In this document: in pieces, positions 45,104 to 54,548 of the stretch
How the letters are laid out: each line of letters begins with the position of its first letter
Position numbering within the stretch: position 1 is the stretch's first letter
From: an uncultured Candidatus Saccharibacteria bacterium
Lineage (GTDB): Bacteria > Patescibacteriota > Minisyncoccia > Phycocordibacterales > XYD1-FULL-46-19
DNA length: 64,000 nucleotides
Assembly (NCBI GenBank): GCA_964355855.1
Contig: CAYHFD010000001.1
Location: forward strand, 9,921-73,920
Direction of reading: 5' to 3'
The notes under the pieces: model-generated
What the model was told of the DNA's origin: nothing
The model's input: only the letters and a program-made list of their open reading frames with translations
The model's database searches: none
Made by a program: the position numbers and the translations under genes

Positions 45104-48061
45104 CTATTTCATCAACTGTCGCAGGTGACAATACTCGCACTTGGCATCAGCGCAAGTTTTGTCCCAAAATGATAAGGTGAGAATTTCCGTGGCTACTTTT
45201 TCAATAACCATTTTTAAATTGGCCACCTTCGCTTCACTCACTTCAAATTTTTCTTTTTTATATTTACCACTATCGCTGGGTTCGACAAAGTCTATTTCCC
45301 CCGAGATCATTTGGTATTTTTTATCTTCAAATAAATCCAACAACAATTTGTAAAATACCAGTTGCCGAAAATAGTTACCATCGGCATCTTTAGTCTCGCC
45401 CAAAATTTGGTTGCGACTTTTAGGCTGGCCGGTTTTATAATCCACCACATTGATCTCGGCCCCAGTACCAACAAATTCAACTTTATCTAAGTTTCCCTTC
45501 AATTTAATATCCGGTGTCAGTAATACCCCTTTGATTTGAAATTCGGTTAAAACATTAAGATTAAATTTACCGTCATATTCATCATACCAACCCGACAACG
45601 CTTCCTCGCCTTTAGCCAAACTATCAGTAAAATCACTAGCGGTTAAAGACTGGGCTTGCAACCGTCGCTGAAAGCTAGCCAATAATGATTCCTTGGTTAA
45701 ACCTCTGCTCTTTCCTTGGGCAAAAACATCTTGCAAGGCACCATGAATTGCCAGTCCATATAACTGGTGTTTGGCCGGCACCGCTGGTAGGCGAATAAGA
45801 TTGCGGTAAAAATATTGCCACGGACAAGTTAAATAGTTATTAAGCGCCGTCACCGACAAACCCTGCTCATGAAAAAGTTCGGCCACAAACTGCATATCCC
45901 GCAAACTACTTTCTGTTACTGATTCTGGCAAAAGAAAAACAGCGCGCTCTTTTTTACTATCACTATTCCACTTTTCGGTCTCTATGGCTTGAACCAATTC
46001 TGGTCGCAAATCGGTCACAAACCGGCTAGGGACTTGTTCCCGACCGGTTTCCCCAATTTTAGAATAGGTAATAGTCACCGCCTGCTTTCCTCTAGTTAAA
46101 GCGACATAAAACAATCGCCGTTCATCGGCATCATCAGTCGCCAACACTTCCGCTTTTTGGCTTTCGGCGGGCAAATCATAAACCTCGTTTAGCAGTTTTA
46201 ATTTGTCGCGGTTTTGGCGCCCACCAAAGTGACCATCGTAAACCCCCACGATATAGACCTGGTCAAATTCCAAACCCTTGGCTTTGTGGGTAGTCATTAG
46301 ACGCACTTTACCTTTATAACCTTGACCGGCTTTTTTCTTCAGTAAAACTTTATGTTTCTGGGCAATATTTAAAAAGGCCAAAAAATCCGCCAGGCGCGCC
46401 CCGGGGCGACTGGCCACGACCGAAGCCGCCAAATCAAAAAAAGTCGCGATTGTTTCTAGTCGTCCCCGAGCTTTATGATCAGTTATTACAAACTCGATCA
46501 ATTTTGATTCTTTAAGCAACCGCTCCATAAACGGTAAAAGATTCATATTTTCACTAGCCACCTTAAGCAACGATAATTGATCAAAAAGTTTAGCCTCTTT
46601 TTCTTTTAGAATTTCAATCAGCTCTCGCTTGGCTTCATAGGCTTTACGGATATAGCTATAAGTAGCAAGTGGCGCTAAACCAAAAAAATCAATATGAAGT
46701 AACCGGGCCAATCTTTCATTGTCGCCAAAATTATTTAGTGCTTCAAAAACCGTAATCATTTTCTGCACATCGAGGTCTGACAACAAGTCATCGTCCGACT
46801 CGACCGCCACCGCCAAACCCCACTTACGCAAAACAGCCGAGAGTGGTAAAGCATCACGATTGTCCCGATATAAAACCGCAATTTCATGTGGTTCGACCCC
46901 AGCCGTAATTTTAGATTGAATATCCTTGGCTAAATAAAAATATTCGGTGATCGGGGAGTCAAACTCGCCCACTTTAATCAAAGGCCCCGCTTTTTTACCA
47001 AAAGCCACCAGGGGACTTTTGCTCGGCAAAACCGCTTCAGCCTGATCTAAAATAGCCTGCCCAGAACGATAGTTATCAGTCAAAGTTATTACCCTTGATT
47101 TGGGGTATAAACGGGAAAAGTAAAAAAAGTTTTCGAGTGAGGCCCCTTGGAACCGAAAAATGGCCTGTTTTTCATCCCCCACCACAAACAAATTTGGATT
47201 ATTATGAAAGCTGGCAATTAGTTCCAAAATTTTATTTTGGGCATTGTTAGTATCTTGATGTTCATCAACCAAAATATATTGATGCTCCTCTTGCAACATT
47301 GAAAGCAAAGTGGTATTACTTTTCAACTCTCGCAACACCTCCATAATCATGTCGTTAAAATCGTAAAGTTTTTTCTCGTTTAAACTGGCTTCATAGGCTT
47401 CATAAACTTCAGCCAACTCCAAATTTTTATCAATCTCCCGTCGTAATTTTTCGTAAACTTTTTTTATTTTACCTTTATAGGCGCCCTGATCGTGACGTAA
47501 ATCAGAAATATTGGCATATTCCCTATCGGCTTTAACGCAAATATTTTTATACTCTTCCACACTAACTCCCTCCCGTTTTAAGTCACCAATGGTACCAACA
47601 ATACCGCGCACATAATAAGTGGGGTCACCATAGGGTCGTAATAGTTTAAGGGGTAAACTATCAATTATTTTTTCTACAATCCCAATCTGATCGATTTCGG
47701 TAATACTAGCCGAACCAATGATCCGCGGAAATTCCTCGGGATAATTTTTAATTATGTTGTTACAAAAACCGTGAAAAGTACTAATCACCACCCGATAGGC
47801 CCGACTACCAATCAGGCGGGCTAATCTATCCCGCATATTGGCGGTAGCATTTTCGGTAAAAGTCAGGGCGAGAATTTGCTCGGGGGCACTGTCGGTCACT
47901 CGCAAAATATTGGCAATCCGCATCGTCAAAATCTGGGTTTTACCCGTACCCGGACCAGCGATGACCATGACTGGCCCCTCAATAGTGTCAACGGCTTCTT
48001 TTTGGGCTGGATTTAGGTTGTTATAAGCTTTTTGGAAGTTTTTCTCATCTAGCATAGCCAA
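45104..48061 (-). CDS. UvrD/PcrA-type helicase fused to C-terminal RecB-family PD-(D/E)XK nuclease with Cys cluster (AddA-like)
   Basis: VIAGPGTGKTQIL Walker A, UvrD motifs; C-terminus IDFVE...K and CADAKCEYC. Confidence 0.75.
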   Translation of the reverse strand: MAMLDEKNFQKAYNNLNPAQKEAVDTIEGPVMVIAGPGTGKTQILTMRIANILRVTDSAPEQILALTFTENATANMRDRLARLIGSRAYRVVISTFHGFCNNIIKNYPEEFPRIIGSASITEIDQIGIVEKIIDSLPLKLLRPYGDPTYYVRGIVGTIGDLKREGVSVEEYKNICVKADREYANISDLRHDQGAYKGKIKKVYEKLRREIDKNLELAEVYEAYEASLNEKKLYDFNDMIMEVLRELKSNTTLLSMLQEEHQYILVDEHQDTNNAQNKILELIASFHNNPNLFVVGDEKQAIFRFQGASLENFFYFSRLYPKSRVITLTDNYRSGQAILDQAEAVLPSKSPLVAFGKKAGPLIKVGEFDSPITEYFYLAKDIQSKITAGVEPHEIAVLYRDNRDALPLSAVLRKWGLAVAVESDDDLLSDLDVQKMITVFEALNNFGDNERLARLLHIDFFGLAPLATYSYIRKAYEAKRELIEILKEKEAKLFDQLSLLKVASENMNLLPFMERLLKESKLIEFVITDHKARGRLETIATFFDLAASVVASRPGARLADFLAFLNIAQKHKVLLKKKAGQGYKGKVRLMTTHKAKGLEFDQVYIVGVYDGHFGGRQNRDKLKLLNEVYDLPAESQKAEVLATDDADERRLFYVALTRGKQAVTITYSKIGETGREQVPSRFVTDLRPELVQAIETEKWNSDSKKERAVFLLPESVTESSLRDMQFVAELFHEQGLSVTALNNYLTCPWQYFYRNLIRLPAVPAKHQLYGLAIHGALQDVFAQGKSRGLTKESLLASFQRRLQAQSLTASDFTDSLAKGEEALSGWYDEYDGKFNLNVLTEFQIKGVLLTPDIKLKGNLDKVEFVGTGAEINVVDYKTGQPKSRNQILGETKDADGNYFRQLVFYKLLLDLFEDKKYQMISGEIDFVEPSDSGKYKKEKFEVSEAKVANLKMVIEKVATEILTLSFWDKTCADAKCEYCHLRQLMK

Positions 48062-48100
48062 AGTATAGCACCCCTTGAAAACAGTCGGGAATAGTGTTTA

Positions 48101-48325
48101 ATGTCTACCAGAAAGGAGGCATGGTCAATGAGCCACAATCATCACCCCAAAAGTGGGCGCAAGCATCGACGGCATTTTGGCCGTAGCTTCGCTGGCTGGG
48201 CCGGTGATAAATTTTCGTTCATCTTGTACTATCTGCCTTTATTCGGCAGAAAACAAGCGGAATACATCACTGGTGAACAACTAGCCAAACGGCTAGAAGC
48301 CGAAGATAATGGTAAAAAGTTATGA
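48101..48325 (+). CDS. small basic protein, hypothetical
   Basis: 74-aa ORF, His/Arg-rich N-terminus; weak. Confidence 0.2.
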   Translation: MSTRKEAWSMSHNHHPKSGRKHRRHFGRSFAGWAGDKFSFILYYLPLFGRKQAEYITGEQLAKRLEAEDNGKKL

Positions 48326-48369
48326 CCGCCCGGAAACTTCGCGTTTCCGGGCGATTATTTTTTGATTTT

Positions 48370-48702
48370 TTAAAAAATTAAATGCTTTTCTATGTCGGCA
48401 AGATTTATCTGGTCATGGTCAACATCATAAACCACCACCCCTTGAGCTAAGACAAGCACCTGGGGTGATTCATGTTTAATACCGGTTTCTTCGGCAATTT
48501 GTTTAGCCATTTCCCGGTCAGCCATTACATCGACTAAATATATTGGAACCGTTATAGTTCGGTTGATATCGGCTGAAGAAAACATTGCAAAAATTCTGGC
48601 ACTAGCCCCACAACTTGGGCTATGTTTAAACACAATTACTGGTTGTTTATAGGATAAGTTTTTAGTTTCGAGCCAACCTTCAATCGTTGTCAGTTTTTCC
48701 AT
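48370..48702 (-). CDS. thioredoxin-like protein (YtxJ/DUF2847-like, single Cys)
   Basis: VIVFKHSPSCGASARIF monothiol thioredoxin-fold motif. Confidence 0.55.
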   Translation of the reverse strand: MEKLTTIEGWLETKNLSYKQPVIVFKHSPSCGASARIFAMFSSADINRTITVPIYLVDVMADREMAKQIAEETGIKHESPQVLVLAQGVVVYDVDHDQINLADIEKHLIF

Positions 48703-48754
48703 AGGCTGATATAGTTAGCGGTAATTAATCTAATCAATACTAACACATACTATT

Positions 48755-49204
48755 ATGTTGCACGAAAAAATAAAAAGTGAAATGAAAGAAGCCATGAAAG
48801 CCAAGGAGGCGGTTCGACTGTCGGTTATTCGAGGCCTATTGTCGGCTTTTACCAACGAGGCTGTTGCGAAAGGCAGAAAACCAGATGAAATGCTGACTGA
48901 CGACGAAACCTTGGCGGTATTAAAACGCGCTTCTAATCAAAGAAAAGATGCTACCTCCCAATATCGCGCCGGTGGTCGTGAAGACCTAGCGATAAATGAA
49001 GAAGCTGAACTAATTATTATTCAAGGCTATTTACCGGAACAAATGTCCCGTGAGGAAATTAAAAAAATTGCCTCCACTAAAATTGCCGAACTAGGTGCCG
49101 ATAAATCTAAAATCGGTCAACTAACAGGGGCAGTAATGAAAGAAACGGCCGGCCGGGCCGATGGGGGTGAAGTAAAGTCTGTTTTAGAAGAGCTGTTAAC
49201 CTAA
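48755..49204 (+). CDS. GatB/YqeY domain protein
   Basis: Full-length match to YqeY pattern (KEAMKAKE..RLSVIR..LSA...A...DE.L.VLKRA.NQRKDA...Y...GRED.A..EE.EL.IIQGYLPEQMS.EEI). Confidence 0.85.
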   Translation: MLHEKIKSEMKEAMKAKEAVRLSVIRGLLSAFTNEAVAKGRKPDEMLTDDETLAVLKRASNQRKDATSQYRAGGREDLAINEEAELIIIQGYLPEQMSREEIKKIASTKIAELGADKSKIGQLTGAVMKETAGRADGGEVKSVLEELLT

Positions 49205-49225
49205 AAATAATAATTTTAAAAAATA

Positions 49226-49263
49226 GAGCCCGGGCCACGCACGTGTGACCCGGGTCTTTTTTT
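49226..49263 (+). terminator. intrinsic terminator
   Basis: GAGCCCGGG-CCACGCACGTGTGA-CCCGGGTC then TTTTTTT. Confidence 0.75.
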
Positions 49264-49527
49264 ACCTTCAGCCTACCTCACCTAAAAAGGTGAGTTCCGA
49301 TCAGACATCGAAACCAAACAAAGGCAAAAACAAAAACAACAAAAAGTCCAACCATCAAGAAACGTCCCCCAACGCCCAGTAAATGAAAAGTCATGGTCGT
49401 CGCTCCCTTTTGTACCTCAACACTAAACAAATAATACTCTAACTCTTTTAATTTTCAACTACTCTCGCTCTGTCTAGTTTTTAGCACCCACTGCTTCTTA
49501 TTCTTTTTTCTTGTTTGCCTCACCGGC

Positions 49528-50220
49528 TTATTTTCGGGCTTTGGCTTGAACTTTTTCTTCCATTTGTTCCTCAACAATCTTTTCTTCTTCTTCTTTTTGT
49601 AATCGCGAGAAACCAAACAAAGCAAAAGCAATAATGGCCCCAATAACTATGGCCAATAAATCAATTAAAAATAAAGTTAAACCACCAGCAACCACTACTC
49701 GATTCATCATCACCGTCCCAATACCAACCGCGCACAGTGGTGGCAACAAAGAGACCGACACCGCGACACCCGGCAAAGTGGCAGACAAATCCTGTTTAAC
49801 CCACGCATAAGCTACCGCGAGACCAGAAGCCAAAGAAATTAAAAACATAATCAGGTCAGGCCGAATCCGCAGCAATATTTCGTCCCCAGCCACATTGCTC
49901 GAAAACAAAAAAGCAGTCGCCAAAGACACTATATAAACCAAAACCATTGAGCGAAAAATTATTTTAAGCGCCCGGCCGATGGCTAGCGGTGACGAAGTAA
50001 CCACTCCCATCGCCAGCGACAACAACGGAAACAATATTGGCGTAATCAAAATACCACCAATAGTTATGCCGGCATTGTCAGTAATAAGACCAAGGGTCGC
50101 AATAAATGTTGCAATGGCTAAAAGAAAATGAAAATCCGCTCGCGCCTGGCTTTCATGTAAAAGTTGAATGAGCGTTTTTTTCTGCTCTAGAAAGCTAGCA
50201 ACAAAAAAAGTTTTGAACAT
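49528..50220 (-). CDS. polytopic membrane protein with acidic/lysine-rich C-terminus, hypothetical
   Basis: 6-7 TM segments; no motif recognised. Confidence 0.45.
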   Translation of the reverse strand: MFKTFFVASFLEQKKTLIQLLHESQARADFHFLLAIATFIATLGLITDNAGITIGGILITPILFPLLSLAMGVVTSSPLAIGRALKIIFRSMVLVYIVSLATAFLFSSNVAGDEILLRIRPDLIMFLISLASGLAVAYAWVKQDLSATLPGVAVSVSLLPPLCAVGIGTVMMNRVVVAGGLTLFLIDLLAIVIGAIIAFALFGFSRLQKEEEEKIVEEQMEEKVQAKARK

Positions 50221-50377
50221 GATATATTTGTCTATTATTGTAACACAAAAATATCAAAGCAAGTGCTAAAAAGATGTGGACATTTGCAAATATAAAAATA
50301 AAATCTTTAATTTTTTTACAAAACAACAAAAGACTCAATCACTCCCCTTTCAGTATGTTTTCTGCTAGACTAGCTCT

Positions 50378-51109
50378 ATGTTAAAAGACAAGCCTTCATT
50401 TCCTGTCCGCCTGAATAAATACCTCGCCGACCACTATCCCGTCACCAGACGTTCGGCGGACACTCTTATCACCAAAGGCAAAGTTAAAATAAACGGTAAA
50501 GTCGCCGTGCTTGGTCAAATGGTCCAAGCTGGTGACACCGTTAAAGTAGAGAGCAAAGCTAGCCGACCCGCCTATCGCTATTTTGCCTACCACAAGCCAA
50601 TCGGGGTAGCTACTCATGCTTCCGCTCCCAGCGAAAAAGCAATCTTGAATGTTTTACGTCTACCCATCAAAGCTTTCCCAATTGGTCGCCTCGATAAAGA
50701 TTCCCGCGGTCTAATTATTTTGTCCGACGATGGTCGCTTGGCTGGTGCCCTTCTGGCGCCAGAATTTAAACACGAGAAAGAATATGTTGTAACGACCGAC
50801 CGCACTATTAATGACGCCAATTTAAAACAATTAGCCGTTGGCGTAAAAATTGAAAATTATCACACCAAGAAAGCTAAGACTAAAAAAATTAGGGACAAGG
50901 AATTTTCCATCATTTTGACCGAGGGTAAAAAACACCAGATCCGGCGAATGTGTGCCGCTTTGTCACTGCAAGTTCACGATTTAATTCGTACGAGAATTGA
51001 AAATATCGAGCTAGGTAAACTACCAGCTGGTGAGGTTCGGGAAATTACTGGTAGTGAACTAGTAGAATTCCTAACTCGTCTTGGACTCCAGAAAAAAACC
51101 ACTGGCTAG
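50378..51109 (+). CDS. 16S/23S rRNA pseudouridine synthase (RsuA/RluB family) with S4 domain
   Basis: S4 N-terminus (VRLNKYLA), YFAYHKP, FPIGRLDKDSRGLIILSDDG catalytic Asp motif. Confidence 0.85.
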   Translation: MLKDKPSFPVRLNKYLADHYPVTRRSADTLITKGKVKINGKVAVLGQMVQAGDTVKVESKASRPAYRYFAYHKPIGVATHASAPSEKAILNVLRLPIKAFPIGRLDKDSRGLIILSDDGRLAGALLAPEFKHEKEYVVTTDRTINDANLKQLAVGVKIENYHTKKAKTKKIRDKEFSIILTEGKKHQIRRMCAALSLQVHDLIRTRIENIELGKLPAGEVREITGSELVEFLTRLGLQKKTTG

Positions 51110-51316
51110 AAAAAAATATCCACAATCGCCTTTGTTTATAACAACTTTTATGTTAAACTTATAAGTGGAATATCTGCTCGAAACACCTAAAAGCGCCCCC
51201 AAACAAAAGCGTTAGCGTTTTTATTTGTTTTGCAGTTAGATAAATGGTCATTAGTGCGACTCTGCGCGCTCTTAGGCGTATTTTTTGTTTTTAAAATTTA
51301 TTCCTAAGCCGTAGAA

Positions 51317-51360
51317 ATTCAAGGCCGGCTCCCTAACGGGAGTCGGCCTTGAATGTTTTA
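51317..51360 (+). terminator. intrinsic terminator
   Basis: ATTCAAGGCCGGCTCCC-TAAC-GGGAGTCGGCCTTGAAT then GTTTT. Confidence 0.75.
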
Positions 51361-51424
51361 AAAACGACAGTCACCCAATTTGTTTGTTATAATATAAAAG
51401 ATTAGAAATTAACTAAAATAAATC

Positions 51425-51814
51425 ATGGAACTATTATTTCTCTTGGGCCGTGTCTTGTTTGGTGGCTACTTTATCTTAATGGGTATTAACCATTTTAAAA
51501 ATCCAGCGGGGCTCATAGCCTACGCCAATTCTAAAAAACTGCCTTATCCTAAAGCATCGGTTTATATTTCCGGACTAATGCTTTTCCTTGGCGGACTAGG
51601 GGTGGTGACTGGTGCTTTTTATGTCACCGCCTTGTGGTTGTTAGTAATATTCCTCCTAGTGTCAGCCTTTTCAATGCACAATTATTGGAAGGCTTCGACC
51701 ACCGAGGCAAAGACTGCCGATAAAGCTAGTTTTCAACGCAATTTAGCTTTAGCTGGCGCATCTTTAATGCTAGCCACCATGCAAGCCGAGTGGATATACT
51801 CGGTGATGTTTTAG
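51425..51814 (+). CDS. DoxX family membrane protein
   Basis: LGRVLFGGYFILMGINHF DoxX N-terminal motif, four TM. Confidence 0.75.
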   Translation: MELLFLLGRVLFGGYFILMGINHFKNPAGLIAYANSKKLPYPKASVYISGLMLFLGGLGVVTGAFYVTALWLLVIFLLVSAFSMHNYWKASTTEAKTADKASFQRNLALAGASLMLATMQAEWIYSVMF

Positions 51815-51914
51815 CTAAGCAAATAACGACCTATTTGACAAATTATATTATATAGTGTATTATATACACCAGATTAGTTGCCGGATTGCCCGGTAACACA
51901 AAGGAGAGACACTC

Positions 51915-52196
51915 ATGCCAGCAGCGGCCCCCTCGACGACCCCGATTAGAACTTTCGACCAGGCCTCCGCCCTTCGGTCCGGAGATCGCCTCCGGTCAAA
52001 AGAAGGAGAAGTTTGGACCGTGGCCAAGGTTGACCGAAATCGGTCATACCCCGATGTTCCCCCACCAGCGTTCGTATTCACGAACGGCCAGCGGGAAATC
52101 CTCGCGGGGTGGTGGCCATTCAGACCACAAGGCTTCGTGGACGAGAGCTTCCAGCTCGTCCCGCAACTCATCGGGGCCACCGTGGTCCAGGACTAG
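51915..52196 (+). CDS. hypothetical protein (high-GC, foreign-looking)
   Basis: AAAGGAGAG SD 7 nt before ATG; Pro/Arg-rich 93 aa; followed by strong terminator. Confidence 0.45.
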   Translation: MPAAAPSTTPIRTFDQASALRSGDRLRSKEGEVWTVAKVDRNRSYPDVPPPAFVFTNGQREILAGWWPFRPQGFVDESFQLVPQLIGATVVQD

Positions 52197-52219
52197 CTCC
52201 TCCTTTCTCGTGTCCCATC

Positions 52220-52256
52220 AGCCGGAACCCCTCAGGGTTCCGGCTGTCTTTTTTTA
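52220..52256 (+). terminator. intrinsic terminator
   Basis: AGCCGGAACCC-CTCA-GGGTTCCGGCT then GTCTTTTTTT. Confidence 0.8.
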
Positions 52257-52262
52257 ATTTTT

Positions 52263-52835
52263 TTATAATTCGATTTCTTTGTTCACCTCACGGTCTAGCA
52301 TATAAATATAGTCCCTGGTTTCTTCCGGGGTGAAAACTTGCAGACCAAGCGCTCTGGCCTCTTCACTTATTTTTTCATACATCTCTTCCGCTTGGTCGGC
52401 CACGTCCGCTTCTTGCTCGGCTTCATAGTAATAGTGCTCGCCCGGCGTCCGCACCAAAGACCACTCAATATCGTGATAGCGATAAATATCTTTCAAGCGG
52501 TGCATCCACACCCCCGTGGTACAGCCCAAGGCCTTCATCACTTCTTTACCCTTAGTTAAATCAGCTACCGCCAGCGGCAATGATATTTCCTGCCGGCTGT
52601 TATTGTTGGCCGAAACTTTATGCTTGACCATAATCTCACATTTGTCATTGGTCTTCCGCAAGCGAATATCAGTTGCCCGTTTTAAGGGGTCGACATCATA
52701 GCCAGGGTAACCATCGGTCAACAAAATCATCTCTCGCTCATGACTTTCGACGTGTTCACCCTTATCAGCCATAAACTTCTTTAGCCGATCAAATTCCTCT
52801 TTCGTCAATTCTCCTCTTATTTCAACTTCAATCAT
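52263..52835 (-). CDS. CYTH (triphosphate tunnel metalloenzyme / CyaB-like) domain protein
   Basis: N-terminal MIEVEIRGEL (ExExK) and downstream acidic/basic tunnel residues. Confidence 0.65.
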   Translation of the reverse strand: MIEVEIRGELTKEEFDRLKKFMADKGEHVESHEREMILLTDGYPGYDVDPLKRATDIRLRKTNDKCEIMVKHKVSANNNSRQEISLPLAVADLTKGKEVMKALGCTTGVWMHRLKDIYRYHDIEWSLVRTPGEHYYYEAEQEADVADQAEEMYEKISEEARALGLQVFTPEETRDYIYMLDREVNKEIEL

Positions 52836-53004
52836 ATGATTTGGGGGGGTTATTGGCTATGGGAACAGAATAACAAATATAAAGTTAAAGAAAAAGTTTT
52901 TTAAAAACTTTTGTCAAGTTTCCCCTGCCAACCAAATTATGGTAGAACTAAGGACAGAACTGAACCGTAACAACCAAGCAACAACTCCAGAAAGGGGTGA
53001 CTTT

Positions 53005-54465
53005 ATGCCAAACACAAACGGCATATGGACCGAAATCCTTGGTCAACTCCCCGCGTTAGGAGTTGACGAACATACGATGACTTTTTGGGCCTCCCAGTGT
53101 CAATTTGGTGGAATAATAAATCAGCAAGTTACGATCCTTGCATCCTCACAGTTTGTTGGTGACTGGGTTCGTGACAACGGTCTGGCCGACAAAATTGTTG
53201 AAGCAGCTAACATGGCAGAGTCCTGCCATACGGAAATCCGTTCCTTCAAGATTGTAGTGGATAACCAAATCAAGTTGTCCGAAGAACTATTGTCTGAAGT
53301 GGATATCGACTCGGAAATTCCCTTTGGGTGCCAAGCTACAATCCAGGCTACCACGGTAGCACCAGCACCACTTCGGGCGTCAGCTCACCAACGTTCGACC
53401 AAGAATCGAGGCTGGGGCAACTACCGCGAAGGCAACTTGGTCGTTGGTAAAGCCAACAACTTTGCCACAGCCGCCATCATTGAGCTGGTAAAACCCAACC
53501 GGAGTTTCAAGGGGTTACTCCTTATCGCTCCACAAGGTCGTGGCAAAAGTCTCCACCTGGAAGCTGCCTGTTTTGCCTTCAGTGCTAAACATAACAGCGC
53601 CCAAAAAATTGTCTTCGTTAGCGGAGATGAATTTTTGGCCCACTATTGTGGAACTGCCAACGGCAATGGCGGGGGCAAGAAATTCGACGACCAATACACG
53701 GGAGTCGACCTGCTCGCTCTAGACGGTCTCGAGAGAATGGCGGGCAACACTCGCAAAGGAACCCAAGATGCGCTCGCGCGAGTGCTGGACCGGCTCGAAA
53801 GAAGGAGGGCGCCGGTGCTAATCGCCTCAACAATGCCCCTAGACGAGCTGGCCTTGACCCCGGACTTGAGTTCACGTCTTCAGTCCCTAGTTCCAGTCTC
53901 GCTCAATTTACCCGACACTGATATGCGCCGGGAAATCACCGGGCGAAAATTGGCAATCTGGGGGTTGGCGCCACATCTGCAACCGAGTGGTGACTCGCTC
54001 TCGTTTTTAGCTGGCTTGCCAGTGACAGATATGCGCGAGTTGGTTGGCCACCTAGACAACATCTTGCTTCACAGCAAGTGTTTCCAGCGCCAACTGACGC
54101 TGGACGAGATAAGGGAGTTGGTTTTGGGTCCAACCAAAACTAAACCACCAGTCACTTGCGAGTTGGTCTGTGCTACCATCGCCGAGCACTATCCCGATTT
54201 GAAACGGTTAGGGGGGCTCGCGGTGCTAGCAGGCAAACGTCGAGACCAAGACGTAGCGTTCTATCGCCATCTGGCGATGTATCTGTGTCTGAAATTGGTC
54301 CCCGACGTAACCGGACCCGATGTTGCCAAATTGTTCAACCGCGACCGGACTTCGGTTAGTCATGGTGTGGACAAAATCAACGAGTTGCTGAAAAGCGACG
54401 AGGGTGAGGACCTGCGCTTTCGTGTTGCAAGGATTTGCGACACGCTTGGTTGTACAATCAAATAG
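53005..54465 (+). CDS. divergent DnaA-like protein (AAA+ core + C-terminal DnaA-type HTH), high-GC paralog
   Basis: IWTEILGQLP..MTFW (domain I-like), NNFATAAIIEL...LLIAPQGRGKS (Walker A variant), VDLLALDGLE (Walker B), LSSRLQSL sensor block, AFYRHLAMYLCLKL...RDRTSVSHGVDKI (domain IV HTH); GGTGA SD before ATG at 53005. Confidence 0.6.
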   Translation: MPNTNGIWTEILGQLPALGVDEHTMTFWASQCQFGGIINQQVTILASSQFVGDWVRDNGLADKIVEAANMAESCHTEIRSFKIVVDNQIKLSEELLSEVDIDSEIPFGCQATIQATTVAPAPLRASAHQRSTKNRGWGNYREGNLVVGKANNFATAAIIELVKPNRSFKGLLLIAPQGRGKSLHLEAACFAFSAKHNSAQKIVFVSGDEFLAHYCGTANGNGGGKKFDDQYTGVDLLALDGLERMAGNTRKGTQDALARVLDRLERRRAPVLIASTMPLDELALTPDLSSRLQSLVPVSLNLPDTDMRREITGRKLAIWGLAPHLQPSGDSLSFLAGLPVTDMRELVGHLDNILLHSKCFQRQLTLDEIRELVLGPTKTKPPVTCELVCATIAEHYPDLKRLGGLAVLAGKRRDQDVAFYRHLAMYLCLKLVPDVTGPDVAKLFNRDRTSVSHGVDKINELLKSDEGEDLRFRVARICDTLGCTIK

Positions 54466-54520
54466 CCCGAGCTAGTGGAGTGATCCACGAGCCCGGGCTA
54501 TATTATTTTTATCTATTTTT
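54463..54520 (+). terminator. intrinsic terminator
   Basis: TAGCCCGAGC...GAGCCCGGGCTA hairpin then TATTATTTTTATCTATTTTTTT. Confidence 0.7.
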
Positions 54521-54548
54521 TTAATATTTTGTGCTAAAACTTGGATAA

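Noticed and set aside
51860-52257. Alternative ORFs 51860-52180 (-) and 51886-52257 (+) overlapping the 93-aa ORF
   Set aside because: Only 51915-52196 has a canonical SD and is followed by the terminator. The others are GC-rich shadows, though the real frame remains uncertain.
53540-54359. Multiple short ORFs on both strands inside the DnaA-like gene
   Set aside because: They are GC-rich frame artefacts. The long frame with DnaA-like blocks is the coherent one.
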